In this document: positions 9,771 through 19,687 of the stretch, one piece after another
Numbering within the stretch: position 1 is the first letter of the stretch
Layout: each line of letters opens with the position of its first letter
Source of the DNA: Candidatus Fermentibacteraceae bacterium
GTDB taxonomy: Bacteria; Fermentibacterota; Fermentibacteria; Fermentibacterales; JCC-6
Assembly: GCA_041750285.1 (NCBI GenBank)
Contig: JBGSZS010000009.1
Location: 64,001 to 128,000 of the forward strand
Reading direction: 5' to 3'
DNA: 64,000 nucleotides
Notes under the pieces: model-generated
What the model saw: the letters and a program-made list of their open reading frames with translations, nothing else
Told to the model about the DNA's origin: nothing
Databases searched by the model: none
Made by a program: the position numbers and the translations under genes

Positions 9771-11050
9771 AGCCCTTTCGCCGGACCGGACAGGGATCGC
9801 ACCTTTTCCGATATCTCTTCATCGGACGCAAAGGCGGGAAGCGGCCAGCGGAACCCTGAGGATGCATGCCTCAGCATTGGTATCAAACAGGGGTCGAATC
9901 CCAGCAGCCTGCTGTTCAGCCGATCGGCGTCAACCGAGCTGTCAGAGTATGTGACACATCCCATGGGGAGAGGCCTGGGCTGGAGCGGTCCGTTGTTCTG
10001 CCCGCAGATCAGCGCGTCGGTAAGGCTCACGATCCTTCGACCGGGAGATTCGGCCATTGATCCATCCACCCTGCCGTACATCGCGATCCTGTTCACGTCG
10101 AGAACCGTGCGCCAGACCGTGTCGTTGCCCGACCAACCGCCTTCGATCTCGATGTCTCCCGTCAGGAGCCTTGAACCGTGAAGGAGGACATCGGCGGCGA
10201 ACAGCCACAGTGAGAATGAAGCTCTGCCGATCCTTCGGTTGGCCTTGTCGATCATGGTCTCCGCGAGGCGTTTGAGAACGGACCTGCCTGGATAGCAGTC
10301 CCCCCCGTCCCTCGAGCCACCAGTTCTATGGTGAGGAAGGAACTCCTTGTTTCCATTGATCCCGACAAGGTTTTTCAGCGCACCGGTCATCCCTGCTTTC
10401 CTGTGAGTCTTCAGTTTGGGAAGGTTGATTATCACATCGGCCTCAAGTGCCTCACGGGCGATCAGGTACTGGTGTACTCCCGCAGAGTGCCTTCTGGCCA
10501 GATGATCGGGGTTGTACATCGTGACCCTGAACCTGCCCGGCGGGCTGGACACCGGTTCAAGCAGGCTTTCCTTTCCGAGGTCGAATAGAATGAAATCCCT
10601 GTCCGGGCGGGATTCCGGGCTTGTTCCGGCCCGCAGGGAATCGCCGTGCATTATCGTCCTGCGAAAATCAGCGATCTGCAGGATGCCGTCACGGTCGATG
10701 GATTCCATCGCCTTCACGAAGGATTCAGGTACAACGCTCTTCCAGTGACAACCCTGGATCGGGGCATCCCCGACAACAATCCTTGAGGGACTGCACTTCA
10801 TGACCTCACGAAGAACGGAGAGAACGAATTCGCCATGTGTGTAAAGGCACTCGACACCACCCGTGTCATTCCTGTGGTGTACCCAGTTCGGCTTCACCAG
10901 AACACTGTCACCAGGCTTGATCGGGAGACCGGCACCGGGTGCGCCGAATGCATCCTCAAGGGCTTCCCTTATCGCGCCATCGAGGATGCCCGGTGAGTAC
11001 CAGCCACTTCCGGTGTCGTCTGTCTTCGGGGCACAGGCAAGACCAATCAA
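9662..11050 (-). CDS. DUF362 domain protein (paralogue 1)
   Basis: IKPGDSVLVKPNWV, INLPKLKTHRKAGMTGALKNLVG, GNDTVWRT motifs; TTG start with GGGAGG. Confidence 0.82.
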   Translation of the reverse strand: MIGLACAPKTDDTGSGWYSPGILDGAIREALEDAFGAPGAGLPIKPGDSVLVKPNWVHHRNDTGGVECLYTHGEFVLSVLREVMKCSPSRIVVGDAPIQGCHWKSVVPESFVKAMESIDRDGILQIADFRRTIMHGDSLRAGTSPESRPDRDFILFDLGKESLLEPVSSPPGRFRVTMYNPDHLARRHSAGVHQYLIAREALEADVIINLPKLKTHRKAGMTGALKNLVGINGNKEFLPHHRTGGSRDGGDCYPGRSVLKRLAETMIDKANRRIGRASFSLWLFAADVLLHGSRLLTGDIEIEGGWSGNDTVWRTVLDVNRIAMYGRVDGSMAESPGRRIVSLTDALICGQNNGPLQPRPLPMGCVTYSDSSVDADRLNSRLLGFDPCLIPMLRHASSGFRWPLPAFASDEEISEKVRSLSGPAKGLYARPASGWECLAGTFEKQRDDSQAVSSESTTAFTR

Positions 11051-11076
11051 CGCAGGCCTCCCATTTTTGTCGGATT

Positions 11077-11105
11077 TTGTCTTGCAGGATCAACCCGTGT
11101 ATAAT
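11077..11105 (+). promoter_or_regulatory. Putative sigma70 promoter for the ATP-grasp/GT4 unit
   Basis: TTGTCT-N17-TATAAT in the divergent intergenic region. Confidence 0.6.
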
Positions 11106-11150
11106 TCTGCGCCGAGACAACGACAAGGACTCTTCCCGGGAGAATACCGC

Positions 11151-12194
11151 TTGAGTGAACCCGTTCTGAAGGTTGCCGTCGGCCGGGACCGCGGCAGATG
11201 GCACGAGAAGTTCATCGATTCACTGGAGAGAAGGATGAGGGAGCTTCCCTACCTTCGTTATTCCCTCGTGAACATGGACAGGAGCGACTGGCTCTCCCGG
11301 ATCGGTGATGCTTCGCTCGTCCTTTGGAAACCTGCCTATATGGGGCACGAATTCGCAGGCTACGTGAAGGAAAAGGTCTACCTTCTCGAGAGGTTCCTCG
11401 GAAAGACCGTGCTGCCCAATTTTTCGACGATCTGGCACTTCGAGAGCAAGATAGCCCAAAGCTACCTCTTCGACCTTCTCAATGTCGGGACACCGGAAAC
11501 CGTCGTAAGTTTCGACTTCAACGAGGCAACCGAAATTGCCGGAAGGTCGGCCTTTCCGGTCGTCCGCAAGAAGGCTGCAGGCGCGGGAAGCACGAATGTC
11601 CGGGCCATGAGCAGTTACAGGGAGCTGCGGCATGATCTGGAAAGGACTTTCAGCCTGAGCCTCTGGGATCGCAGCCTTGGTGGGAAGAGCAGGCTGAAAA
11701 GGATCGCGGGTGGACTCCGCCATCGTTGGTTCTGGGATTTCGCGTGGAGGAAGCTAACGCACTCCCAGTTGTTTGGTGTGGCATACTGGCAGGAGTTCAT
11801 ACCGGGAAACGATTCCGACCTGCGGATCACGGTGATCGGCGACAGGTTCGCCACGGGCTTCTGGAGACGCAACAGACCGGGGGACTTCCGCGCGAGCGGC
11901 AGCGGAAACATCGATTACGAGACTCCCCTGCCCGAGGAAGCCCTGCGATGCTGCCTCGAGATCAGCAGGAGGCTTGATTTCGATTCGATGGCGTATGACA
12001 TCCTCTTTCGTGACGGAACTCCCGTCATATCCGAGATGTCCTACGGATACTCGGACGTTGCCGTCCACAGGGTTTCCGGCTATTCGACCCTGGAACCTGA
12101 CGGAACGCTCTCCTTCGTGAGCGGGAACACCTGGCCCCAGGAACTCTGGGTTGAGTGGGCGATGATCAGGGCGGAACGACAACGCCAAAAGTGA
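11151..12194 (+). CDS. ATP-grasp (RimK-like) ligase
   Basis: HFESKIAQ, FPVVRK..GAGSTNV, YWQEFIPGNDSDLRITVIG, DFRASGSG, MAYDIL, ISEMS. Start moved to TTG 11151 to avoid overlapping DUF362. Confidence 0.85.
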   Translation: MSEPVLKVAVGRDRGRWHEKFIDSLERRMRELPYLRYSLVNMDRSDWLSRIGDASLVLWKPAYMGHEFAGYVKEKVYLLERFLGKTVLPNFSTIWHFESKIAQSYLFDLLNVGTPETVVSFDFNEATEIAGRSAFPVVRKKAAGAGSTNVRAMSSYRELRHDLERTFSLSLWDRSLGGKSRLKRIAGGLRHRWFWDFAWRKLTHSQLFGVAYWQEFIPGNDSDLRITVIGDRFATGFWRRNRPGDFRASGSGNIDYETPLPEEALRCCLEISRRLDFDSMAYDILFRDGTPVISEMSYGYSDVAVHRVSGYSTLEPDGTLSFVSGNTWPQELWVEWAMIRAERQRQK

Positions 12195-12213
12195 CGGTTC
12201 CCGGAGGTTTCCA

Positions 12214-13398
12214 GTGAAGGAACGGGGCGAAGCCTTGCTGAAGGATGGATCCGCCCGGGTCGTTGTCATCGCTGAGGCATCACCCTGCGATCCTCTCGCG
12301 GTCGGCGGGGTCAGCGGATTCCTGAGGGCCATTGAAAGCGCTTCCCCACCGGGATGGGTCATCCTTGCCCCATCGGCGGACAGCTCCGACAGCCCGGACA
12401 CACTGGGACCCTCTCTCTACCTGAAGAGGCTTCCACACAGAATCGTTTTCCCGCTCAGGCTGCTGCGCCTTTTCGGAAGGCTTGCCCGGCTGCGGCCCGA
12501 TGTTCTCTACACCCACAGCAACGAGGCAGCAATGCTGCTCTGCCTGCTTCGCGGACTGGGGCTCTTCCACGCTGCGATCGTGCACCATCAGCACGGATCC
12601 GAGAACCCGCTCACCTATGCCACTTTCCGTCTCGGCAGAATGCTCTTCCTGCCGGGACTGTACGCAGCCATGCTGAAGGGGCTGCACAGATCCGCGGACC
12701 ACATAATCGTCATCGACAGGAAATGCCTTGAGATGAACATCAGGTGGGGCGTGCCGGCAGGCAGGATGACGCTGCTTCCAAATGCCGTGGATACAGGGGT
12801 TTACAGACCCTCACGTGAAGCCCGCCATGCTTTTCGCCGGAAATGGGGGATCCCTGATACCGCATTCCTCTTTGCTTTCGCCGGGAGGCTGGAGGAAGTG
12901 AAACGCATCCACCTCCTCCTGGAAGCGTTGCCAATGATGGAGGAAGGGGCGTGGCTGGCTGTGGCGGGAGAAGGTTCGTTGCGGCCCGGCCTCGAAAGAC
13001 ATGCGGCTTCATGCAGTGCCGCAGGTCACATACTGTTCACCGGTCCTCTCGATTCCGATGAGATGCCTTCGTTCTACGCAGCGGCCGACTGCCTTGTTCT
13101 TCCCTCGGCAGCCGAAGGCGTACCGCTTGTGATTCTCGAGGCCATGGCGACGGGAATCCCCGTTGTGGCAACGCAGGTGGGAGGAGTGGCCGACCTTCTC
13201 GGTCCGGCGACCGGATTGCTTCTGGATCCCTCCCTTTCCGCCCGGGACCTGGCGAAAGCGATGGATCTTTCCAGAAAAAGACAATGGGACCCGGAGAAGA
13301 TCAGGGCGGAAGCCCTCTCCCATTCAGGTCAGGTTGCCGTTTCACTTCTTGAAGGTTTGTTTGCCGAAGTTGCCGGGAAAGTGCGCGGCGGACGCTAG
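12214..13398 (+). CDS. Glycosyltransferase family 4
   Basis: PNAVD, FAGRLEEVK, PSAAEGVPLVILEAMATGIPVVAT motifs. Confidence 0.92.
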   Translation: MKERGEALLKDGSARVVVIAEASPCDPLAVGGVSGFLRAIESASPPGWVILAPSADSSDSPDTLGPSLYLKRLPHRIVFPLRLLRLFGRLARLRPDVLYTHSNEAAMLLCLLRGLGLFHAAIVHHQHGSENPLTYATFRLGRMLFLPGLYAAMLKGLHRSADHIIVIDRKCLEMNIRWGVPAGRMTLLPNAVDTGVYRPSREARHAFRRKWGIPDTAFLFAFAGRLEEVKRIHLLLEALPMMEEGAWLAVAGEGSLRPGLERHAASCSAAGHILFTGPLDSDEMPSFYAAADCLVLPSAAEGVPLVILEAMATGIPVVATQVGGVADLLGPATGLLLDPSLSARDLAKAMDLSRKRQWDPEKIRAEALSHSGQVAVSLLEGLFAEVAGKVRGGR

Positions 13399-14546
13399 GG
13401 ACCTTTGATACGGTTCCGGGTTCCGGTCCATTCGAGAATCTCTCCAAGACCCTTCGCATAAGCCTCGAACGAATACTTCCTCGAGGCTTCGAGCCCTGCA
13501 GCGGCAATGGATGACCTGAGGCGGCAGTCGTCCAGCATCAGGGCGATCGCACGTGCAAGACCTTCGGGATCGGATGGATCGGCAAGTACCCCCGCCTCCC
13601 CGTTCACAAGCACTTCAGGGATTGCCCCAATCCTGGTGGCGATCACCGGAACACCCTTGCTCATTGCTTCGGCAAGAACCAGCCCGAAAGCCTCTTCCCT
13701 TCTTGTGGGAAAGACCATCAGCGGCGATTCCCGGGCAAGGTAGGCTTCGATCATGTCATGGGTCATTTCCCCGATGATGTGCACCCGATCCTTGAGCCCG
13801 TTGGCTTCGGCCCACTCGCGGATCTCGTCGAATATCCCGGTATCGGTTTCAGGGCCGATGATCTCAAGTGGGGGAACGTTCACGCCTCCGCGAACCAGAA
13901 TGCCATACGCATCCAGCAAATCCCAAATACCCTTGCGTGCCCTCACCGTCGAAAGAAAGAGAATGGCGGAGGGACGGACGTCCGCTCGTTTCCGTACGGC
14001 ATCGGGATCGGCGAAGGTCCAGTCAGGGGGCAGGCAGTTCAGGAGAACCCGTGTTCTGCATGGTTTCACCCCGACCGATTCCAGGTCTGTGGAAACCACT
14101 TCGCTTGGTCCGATGCACCAGTCGAAGGATTGCCAGAACGACTGTGCATGAACTGATTGGAATCTGCTGCTGCCCTCCTTCAGTTGCTTGTATCGAACCA
14201 TGTGCGAATAGCCCACCCAGTTCTTTGAAAGAACTCTTATATACTTAATTAAGTAATAATCAAAGGTCAGCGCGGGAGGAAGTGAAGCGGGAAGGTAAAA
14301 GGCGATGTCATACCGTTCGGTCAGAAGAAGAAGCGTCGCCCTCAGTACAAGCAGCAAAGCCTTCACAAGCTTGTAGGGCTTCACCTTCCCTATCTCTGTG
14401 TTCCTTCGCGAGAACGCCTTGTCCAGAACGGTCACCGCGCACCCGTTCTGTTCCAGCGCGCGGATGAGGTATCTCGTCATGACCAGGGAGCCGTGCATGG
14501 CACCCGAGTTGCTTCCCACCACGAGAGCTCTAGGTTTTGCGAACAT
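13395..14546 (-). CDS. Glycosyltransferase family 4
   Basis: FLSTVRARKG, EAFGLVLAEAMSKGVPVIAT motifs. Confidence 0.9.
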   Translation of the reverse strand: MFAKPRALVVGSNSGAMHGSLVMTRYLIRALEQNGCAVTVLDKAFSRRNTEIGKVKPYKLVKALLLVLRATLLLLTERYDIAFYLPASLPPALTFDYYLIKYIRVLSKNWVGYSHMVRYKQLKEGSSRFQSVHAQSFWQSFDWCIGPSEVVSTDLESVGVKPCRTRVLLNCLPPDWTFADPDAVRKRADVRPSAILFLSTVRARKGIWDLLDAYGILVRGGVNVPPLEIIGPETDTGIFDEIREWAEANGLKDRVHIIGEMTHDMIEAYLARESPLMVFPTRREEAFGLVLAEAMSKGVPVIATRIGAIPEVLVNGEAGVLADPSDPEGLARAIALMLDDCRLRSSIAAAGLEASRKYSFEAYAKGLGEILEWTGTRNRIKGP

Positions 14547-15666
14547 CGCTCAGGGTCACACCTTTCATTGCCATAGCTTCCCTGTAGACCTCGACCGTTG
14601 CCCTTACCATTTTCTCCGCCGGGAAATCAGTTAGTATCCGATCCCTTCCGGATCTTCCCAGCTCGGCGCAGACAGAGGGATTGCCCTCAAGGTGAAGAAG
14701 CCTTTCCGCGATCGTCCCCGGATCGGAATCGGGAAGGATGAAACCATCGACCGAATCCCGAACGAGTTCGGGGTTCCCGCCACCTGCGGTGCAGACCACC
14801 GGAAGCCCGGCCGCCATGCACTCCATTATGAAATTGGACATCCCCTCGCCCATCGGAGAGAGAAGGATGCCTGCATCCGACTTCAGCAGCCAGGGAATGA
14901 TACTGGATGTTCTGCCCGGAAAGGTAACTGAATCCCCGCAACCGAGCTCAAGTGCCAGCCTCTGAAGCGCCGGCCGGTCTTCACCGTCCCCAACAAGGTT
15001 GAACAGGAAACGCCCCGGCGCCTTCAAGCGGAGAATCGCACATGCGCGGACGAGAGAGGCGAAATCCTTGTGATCGGCCATGGAACCTGCCATGACGACG
15101 GTGAACGGCCGGCCCTCCCGGGGATTCCTGAAAAGCCCCGGGAGCCTCTGCGGATCGAACCCGTTCCCGACAAGCCTCGCCCTCCGTTCGGGAATCCCCC
15201 ATGCCTTCAATCCTGCTTTGCTGTTGCCGATGGAAAGGCATCCAAGCCTTGCAGCCATTGCAAGCCTGAGCCTTTTCCCTTGCGGCAGCGTCCCCATCCT
15301 CACGAGCCCCGAAACATGTACTCCGGATAGACCAAGCCTTGTCGTGGCCTCGAGGAAGAAAGAGCTCATCCATCCCCACGAGTGCACGACGTCCGGCCTG
15401 AAGGCTGATATGTGGGAGAATGCCTTTCGCAGGGATGGAAAGCGAGCCCCGCCGGCTTTCCTCGCAATCACGGGTCTGACACCCATCCCTTCCAGTTCGT
15501 CAACCATCCGCCCCGGACTGAAAGCCATGACCGACAGCTCGGTACAATCCCTCAGCCCCCTGCTTAGAAGGCAGAACTGGCGTTCAGCACCTCCAGGCCC
15601 AAGCCCGTCAATGGCGAGAAGTATCCTCACCGGTCTTGCTGAGTTCACGGTGAGCATTTCATCCAT
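14530..15666 (-). CDS. Glycosyltransferase family 4
   Basis: GGAERQ, NGFD, KDF, EGMSNFIMECMAAGLPVV motifs. Confidence 0.92.
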   Translation of the reverse strand: MDEMLTVNSARPVRILLAIDGLGPGGAERQFCLLSRGLRDCTELSVMAFSPGRMVDELEGMGVRPVIARKAGGARFPSLRKAFSHISAFRPDVVHSWGWMSSFFLEATTRLGLSGVHVSGLVRMGTLPQGKRLRLAMAARLGCLSIGNSKAGLKAWGIPERRARLVGNGFDPQRLPGLFRNPREGRPFTVVMAGSMADHKDFASLVRACAILRLKAPGRFLFNLVGDGEDRPALQRLALELGCGDSVTFPGRTSSIIPWLLKSDAGILLSPMGEGMSNFIMECMAAGLPVVCTAGGGNPELVRDSVDGFILPDSDPGTIAERLLHLEGNPSVCAELGRSGRDRILTDFPAEKMVRATVEVYREAMAMKGVTLSDVRKT

Positions 15667-15667
15667 C

Positions 15668-17143
15668 TCAACGGTTTCGCCTCTGGGAAGCCCAGGCGAA
15701 ATGGCTTCGGAAGCCGACCAGGGGAACCATCGAGTTCAATCCTTCGATGCATTGGTCATCCCCTGCCATAGCCACCAAAACCCTGTCGGCAGAACAGGGC
15801 GCGAAATCCCACGGGCTGGCAAAGCCGCCTTCGATCAGTCTGAGACCCATTGGTCCGATACCTGCGGCAGCGGCCGAAACGGCATCCACGAGCAGGGGGG
15901 ATGCCCCTGCAATTATCAACCCCGACTGGACGGGATCTGCATCGAGTGGCCCGTTGCCCTCGCCGCCTATGATTCCGTCGACGATGTTGAAGAACCTGCG
16001 GACGGGTCTGTCATGGATCGAACCGGAGTCATCACAGAAGGTGATGATGGCGGCAAGGTCAAGGACGGTTCTCCAGATGGTATCGTTGCCGGGCCAATTC
16101 CCGCTCCTCACGACTTTCGAGGTCGATCCGAAGACCCGGTAACCCAGAGGCTTCATCGCTCCGAACAGCCTGCTTGTCACTCTTCCCCCGCGGATCAGCA
16201 TCCTTTTGGCTCCACCGACGGCAAGGTTCTCGAGAAAGCCTGCGGGCCTGCCATCCGGAAACTGGTCCCCCCCCTTCGATGGAGGTCCGAACCTGTAGTG
16301 GGGCAGCAGGTTCTTGTTGCCGGCAAGGCCGACCATTCCCTTCAGACAGCCCGTCATCCCGCATTTCTTGTGGGTTTTCAGCTTCGGGATGTTGATGATC
16401 ACATCGGATGAGAGTGCAGTCCCGCAAACCTCGTAGACATGCCTCCCCGAGGAATGACTGGCGTTGGTTTCCACGGTGTCGTAACCTGCGCCGTAGAAGG
16501 GCGGATCGTCGGGGGTACCCAGGAAATGGCTCCTGTTCGCAAGGTCAATCCTTCGAACACCCCTCGGATCGCCCGGCAGGTCTTCTTTGCCGTTGCAGAT
16601 GCCGTTGGTGACCAGCCATCTCTCGTTCCTCAGGTCGAGAACATCCACTGCCAGACCCGATCGGCGCGAGATGATCGAGGCCATCTCACCAAGCCCGGTT
16701 CTTTCTGAGATGAGGCCGAAGTCCGAATCTGTCTGGGGCGAGTCTGCGATGACTATCTTTCCGGATCCGCCGAGCGCGATGCACACATAGTCTAGAACTG
16801 CCCTCACCATGGCTGCGGAAGTGACTATCTGGACCCACTGGTCAGGCCTGCCCTCGCGGTTCTCGCATACGAGATTGGGTTTGAGAAGGACGGTATCGCC
16901 CGGTTTCACGATCCCGCCCAGCGGGTTCCAGGATGCCTTCCCTCGATTTCCGCTGTCCAGTCCGAGAGCGGTCAGGACTCGTCTGACCCCTTCGTAGGCA
17001 TGGTTTGCTTCGCGTGAACCGGAAGGTACGTCCCACGGGTACTCCGGATGGCGCGTTGCAGGATCGAAAGGGGCTTCGGAAGGGTAAACCGCTTCGTCCG
17101 TCCTGACAATGGCGGTCATCCGATCGTGGGGCATGCCTTCCAT
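15668..17143 (-). CDS. DUF362 domain protein (paralogue 2)
   Basis: VKPGDTVLLKPNLV, INIPKLKTHKKCGMTGCLKGMVG, GNDTIWRT, DGIIGGEGNGP motifs. Confidence 0.82.
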   Translation of the reverse strand: MEGMPHDRMTAIVRTDEAVYPSEAPFDPATRHPEYPWDVPSGSREANHAYEGVRRVLTALGLDSGNRGKASWNPLGGIVKPGDTVLLKPNLVCENREGRPDQWVQIVTSAAMVRAVLDYVCIALGGSGKIVIADSPQTDSDFGLISERTGLGEMASIISRRSGLAVDVLDLRNERWLVTNGICNGKEDLPGDPRGVRRIDLANRSHFLGTPDDPPFYGAGYDTVETNASHSSGRHVYEVCGTALSSDVIINIPKLKTHKKCGMTGCLKGMVGLAGNKNLLPHYRFGPPSKGGDQFPDGRPAGFLENLAVGGAKRMLIRGGRVTSRLFGAMKPLGYRVFGSTSKVVRSGNWPGNDTIWRTVLDLAAIITFCDDSGSIHDRPVRRFFNIVDGIIGGEGNGPLDADPVQSGLIIAGASPLLVDAVSAAAAGIGPMGLRLIEGGFASPWDFAPCSADRVLVAMAGDDQCIEGLNSMVPLVGFRSHFAWASQRRNR

Positions 17144-17248
17144 CCAGCTCCTTCAATGGTGCCGTTATCACCGGTGACGCGGACAACAACAAGCAATACT
17201 ATATTCAGGCACTCGAACAAGTGTGGAACGGTCAGGGCAGGAGTTACC

Positions 17249-18637
17249 TTGTACTCAGGTTTCAGATACAACTTTTACAGCTCTCTCCCGGTGTGGCTGC
17301 AGAATCTTGCAGTTTCATCCATATCGACCCGCAGATTCCTCCACGAGACAGCAGCTCCGTTTCAGAACCTGGTTGCACGTCTCATGGATATGCAGTTCTG
17401 GCCCGCCTCGGAAATGAAGCTCTTCCAGGAGCACCGCCTTGCCGAAGTGCTTCTCGCTGCGTCAAGAACCGCATTCTACAAGGCTCTGATCCCGGAAGAG
17501 GCGTTGGTCAGGAAGGACCCCGTTGGCGTTCTCAAGTCCCTGCCCGTTCTCGACAAGAAGACCGTCGCCGGAAATGCCGAGGCGTTCATCAGCAGGAAGA
17601 CGGCCGGCTCACGGCTTGTCAGGTACGGCACGAGCGGAACGACGGGTTTTCCCCTTCACGTCTACTGGAACCGCTCGTCGATGGATTGGGAAAGGGCACT
17701 CATCTGGAGGCACAGGGCATGCGCGGGATTACGCATGGGGCATGACTGGGCCGGATTGCTGGGTGGACACCGGATAGTCCCCGTAAGGCAGAACATGCCT
17801 CCGTTCTGGAGGGACTGCCATCCCGCGAAGCTTTCCTATCTGTCAACTTACCATATTTCGCCAAGCAATGTGCAGCACTACGGCAAATACATCCGCGACC
17901 GCCGCATAGCCTTCCTTTCCGGATACCCCTCAGCTCTTTACGCACTCGCCTTCACGATGCAGAGAGCGGGGATTCATTGCCCCCTGAGGGGAATCTTCTT
18001 CGGTGCCGAGCCACTTCACGGGTTTCAGCGAAAGACATTGGAAGACGCTTTCCAGTGCAGTCTTTTCGACTTCTACGGCCTGACCGAGAGGGTCGTCTCT
18101 GCAAGTGAATTCGAGTGTCACAACGGGCTTCACGTCAACTGGGAGAACTCGTACTACGAAATACTCGATCCCAGTGGCGGGGACGTCCCTCCGGGGAACC
18201 AGGGCGAACTGGTCGGGACTTCGCTCAGCAACACATCCTTTACGCTGCTCCGTTACAGGACCGGGGACCTGACAACTTTGCTCGAGGGCGACTGCTCCTG
18301 CGGAAGGGCTTCACCCAGGATATCACCAATCGAGACAAAGGTCGAAGACCTGCTGGTGATGCCGGGCGGAAAGCTGCTGTCCGCATCAAACCTGACCATC
18401 CCGTTCAAAAGCGTTTCCTGCATCCGGCAGGCACAGATCTATCAACGCGTTCCCCATGAACTGACGGTGCGCATCGTACCGGACGGGAACTACACCGGCG
18501 CGATCTCCGAGAGACTCGCAAGGGATATCCAGGATGCGCTTCCTGAAGGTGTCACGGTAAACGTGATCCTTGTTGATTCGATTCCGCTGAACAAATCGGG
18601 CAAGTATTCGTTCGCGGTCTCAGAGATAAGAAGTTAA
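17249..18637 (+). CDS. Phenylacetate-CoA ligase family / CapK-like adenylate-forming enzyme
   Basis: TSGTTG loop, GYPSAL, YGLTE, LLRYRTGD, SGK motifs; TTG 17249 follows GCAGGAG. Confidence 0.88.
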   Translation: MYSGFRYNFYSSLPVWLQNLAVSSISTRRFLHETAAPFQNLVARLMDMQFWPASEMKLFQEHRLAEVLLAASRTAFYKALIPEEALVRKDPVGVLKSLPVLDKKTVAGNAEAFISRKTAGSRLVRYGTSGTTGFPLHVYWNRSSMDWERALIWRHRACAGLRMGHDWAGLLGGHRIVPVRQNMPPFWRDCHPAKLSYLSTYHISPSNVQHYGKYIRDRRIAFLSGYPSALYALAFTMQRAGIHCPLRGIFFGAEPLHGFQRKTLEDAFQCSLFDFYGLTERVVSASEFECHNGLHVNWENSYYEILDPSGGDVPPGNQGELVGTSLSNTSFTLLRYRTGDLTTLLEGDCSCGRASPRISPIETKVEDLLVMPGGKLLSASNLTIPFKSVSCIRQAQIYQRVPHELTVRIVPDGNYTGAISERLARDIQDALPEGVTVNVILVDSIPLNKSGKYSFAVSEIRS

Positions 18638-18670
18638 AAGGCATTACCTCGATATAATCGTATTGCTTGA

Positions 18671-19687
18671 TCACTTACTCTTAATATATGTGTTTGTTAT
18701 GATTTGAAGAATTGTCTCAATAGCTATCATATGATCCGTTTTCTCCGCTGAGCTGCGGGTGTATCCCTGAACTTGAGCGACATCCTTCAACATCCTCAGG
18801 CTTCCCCTCGATATCAGCTCCATGTCGACTTTTCCGGGGCGTCCCATGAAAAAACTGTAGGATGGCACACCCATCACTGCAGCCTCCCGGGTCATGGTTC
18901 CCCCACCCCCGATGACGATGTCCATGGCCAGGATCAACAGCGGGCCCGGGTAAACCTTTGCGGGAACGATCACCTGGGCCCTGTGATCACCCTTCGCCAG
19001 TTCCAGTTGTTCGCCTGCTCTGGGAATCCACACGATCTGTACGTCCGGATCTTCCAGCAGCTTCCCTGTCAGGGCATTCAGAATTCTCTCCGACTCCGGG
19101 TTGTGATAATGGGCGGTGATGGCGGGGGGACGAAGGAGAACTTTCGTTTTGTCAGGCTTCAGACCAAGCTCCCCGGCGATGGCGGGATCAGGTTCGATTC
19201 CGCTGAGGTAGAGGTTTTCCTTGAATCCCGGGAAAAAGACGACCTTGCCGGTATCGATTCCCGCCTCGATGCATCTTTCGATGGTTATCGCTTCCGGAAG
19301 CAGGATCTTCGTGCAGAACAAGTTGAAGATGGTCGGGTTGACCCATTCGTAGTCATACATCGTTATCGAAGGGATCCCAAGCATCCTTGACGCAATGGGA
19401 AGAGACCTTGAACCGTGGCCGAATGAGACATCGGCTTTCCAGTGTCTCATGGCTTTTCTCAACTGGAAAGCCCTGTTCATGGTTCCTGTTGCTTTTCCCA
19501 GCTTCGACCTTCCATAGGAGCCGCCCACCTTCAGGTAGTCGAACCCATAAAGATCGAGAAGCTCGCATGTGTTGGCCCTGTCTCTTGCCGTAAACGCGAC
19601 TTCATGGCCCCGTTTCCTAAGCTCATCCGCAAGAGGCTTCATAACAAGAACATGGGGTGCATTGTCGGCATCAAACCATATCTTCAT
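18671..19687 (-). CDS. DUF354 domain protein (probable GT-B fold)
   Basis: MKIWFDADNAPHV, TARD, GGGGTMTREAAVMGVP motifs. Confidence 0.82.
   Translation of the reverse strand: MKIWFDADNAPHVLVMKPLADELRKRGHEVAFTARDRANTCELLDLYGFDYLKVGGSYGRSKLGKATGTMNRAFQLRKAMRHWKADVSFGHGSRSLPIASRMLGIPSITMYDYEWVNPTIFNLFCTKILLPEAITIERCIEAGIDTGKVVFFPGFKENLYLSGIEPDPAIAGELGLKPDKTKVLLRPPAITAHYHNPESERILNALTGKLLEDPDVQIVWIPRAGEQLELAKGDHRAQVIVPAKVYPGPLLILAMDIVIGGGGTMTREAAVMGVPSYSFFMGRPGKVDMELISRGSLRMLKDVAQVQGYTRSSAEKTDHMIAIETILQIITNTYIKSK

Noticed and set aside
15080..16411. Long + strand ORF (443 aa), and similar ones at 3326..4372, 32768..33727 and 59569..60627
   Set aside because: Antisense to well-supported genes and without motifs; expected in GC-rich DNA.
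18675..18710. Possible dif site in the AT-rich patch
   Set aside because: Only TTATG matches the XerD arm; there is no properly spaced XerC arm.
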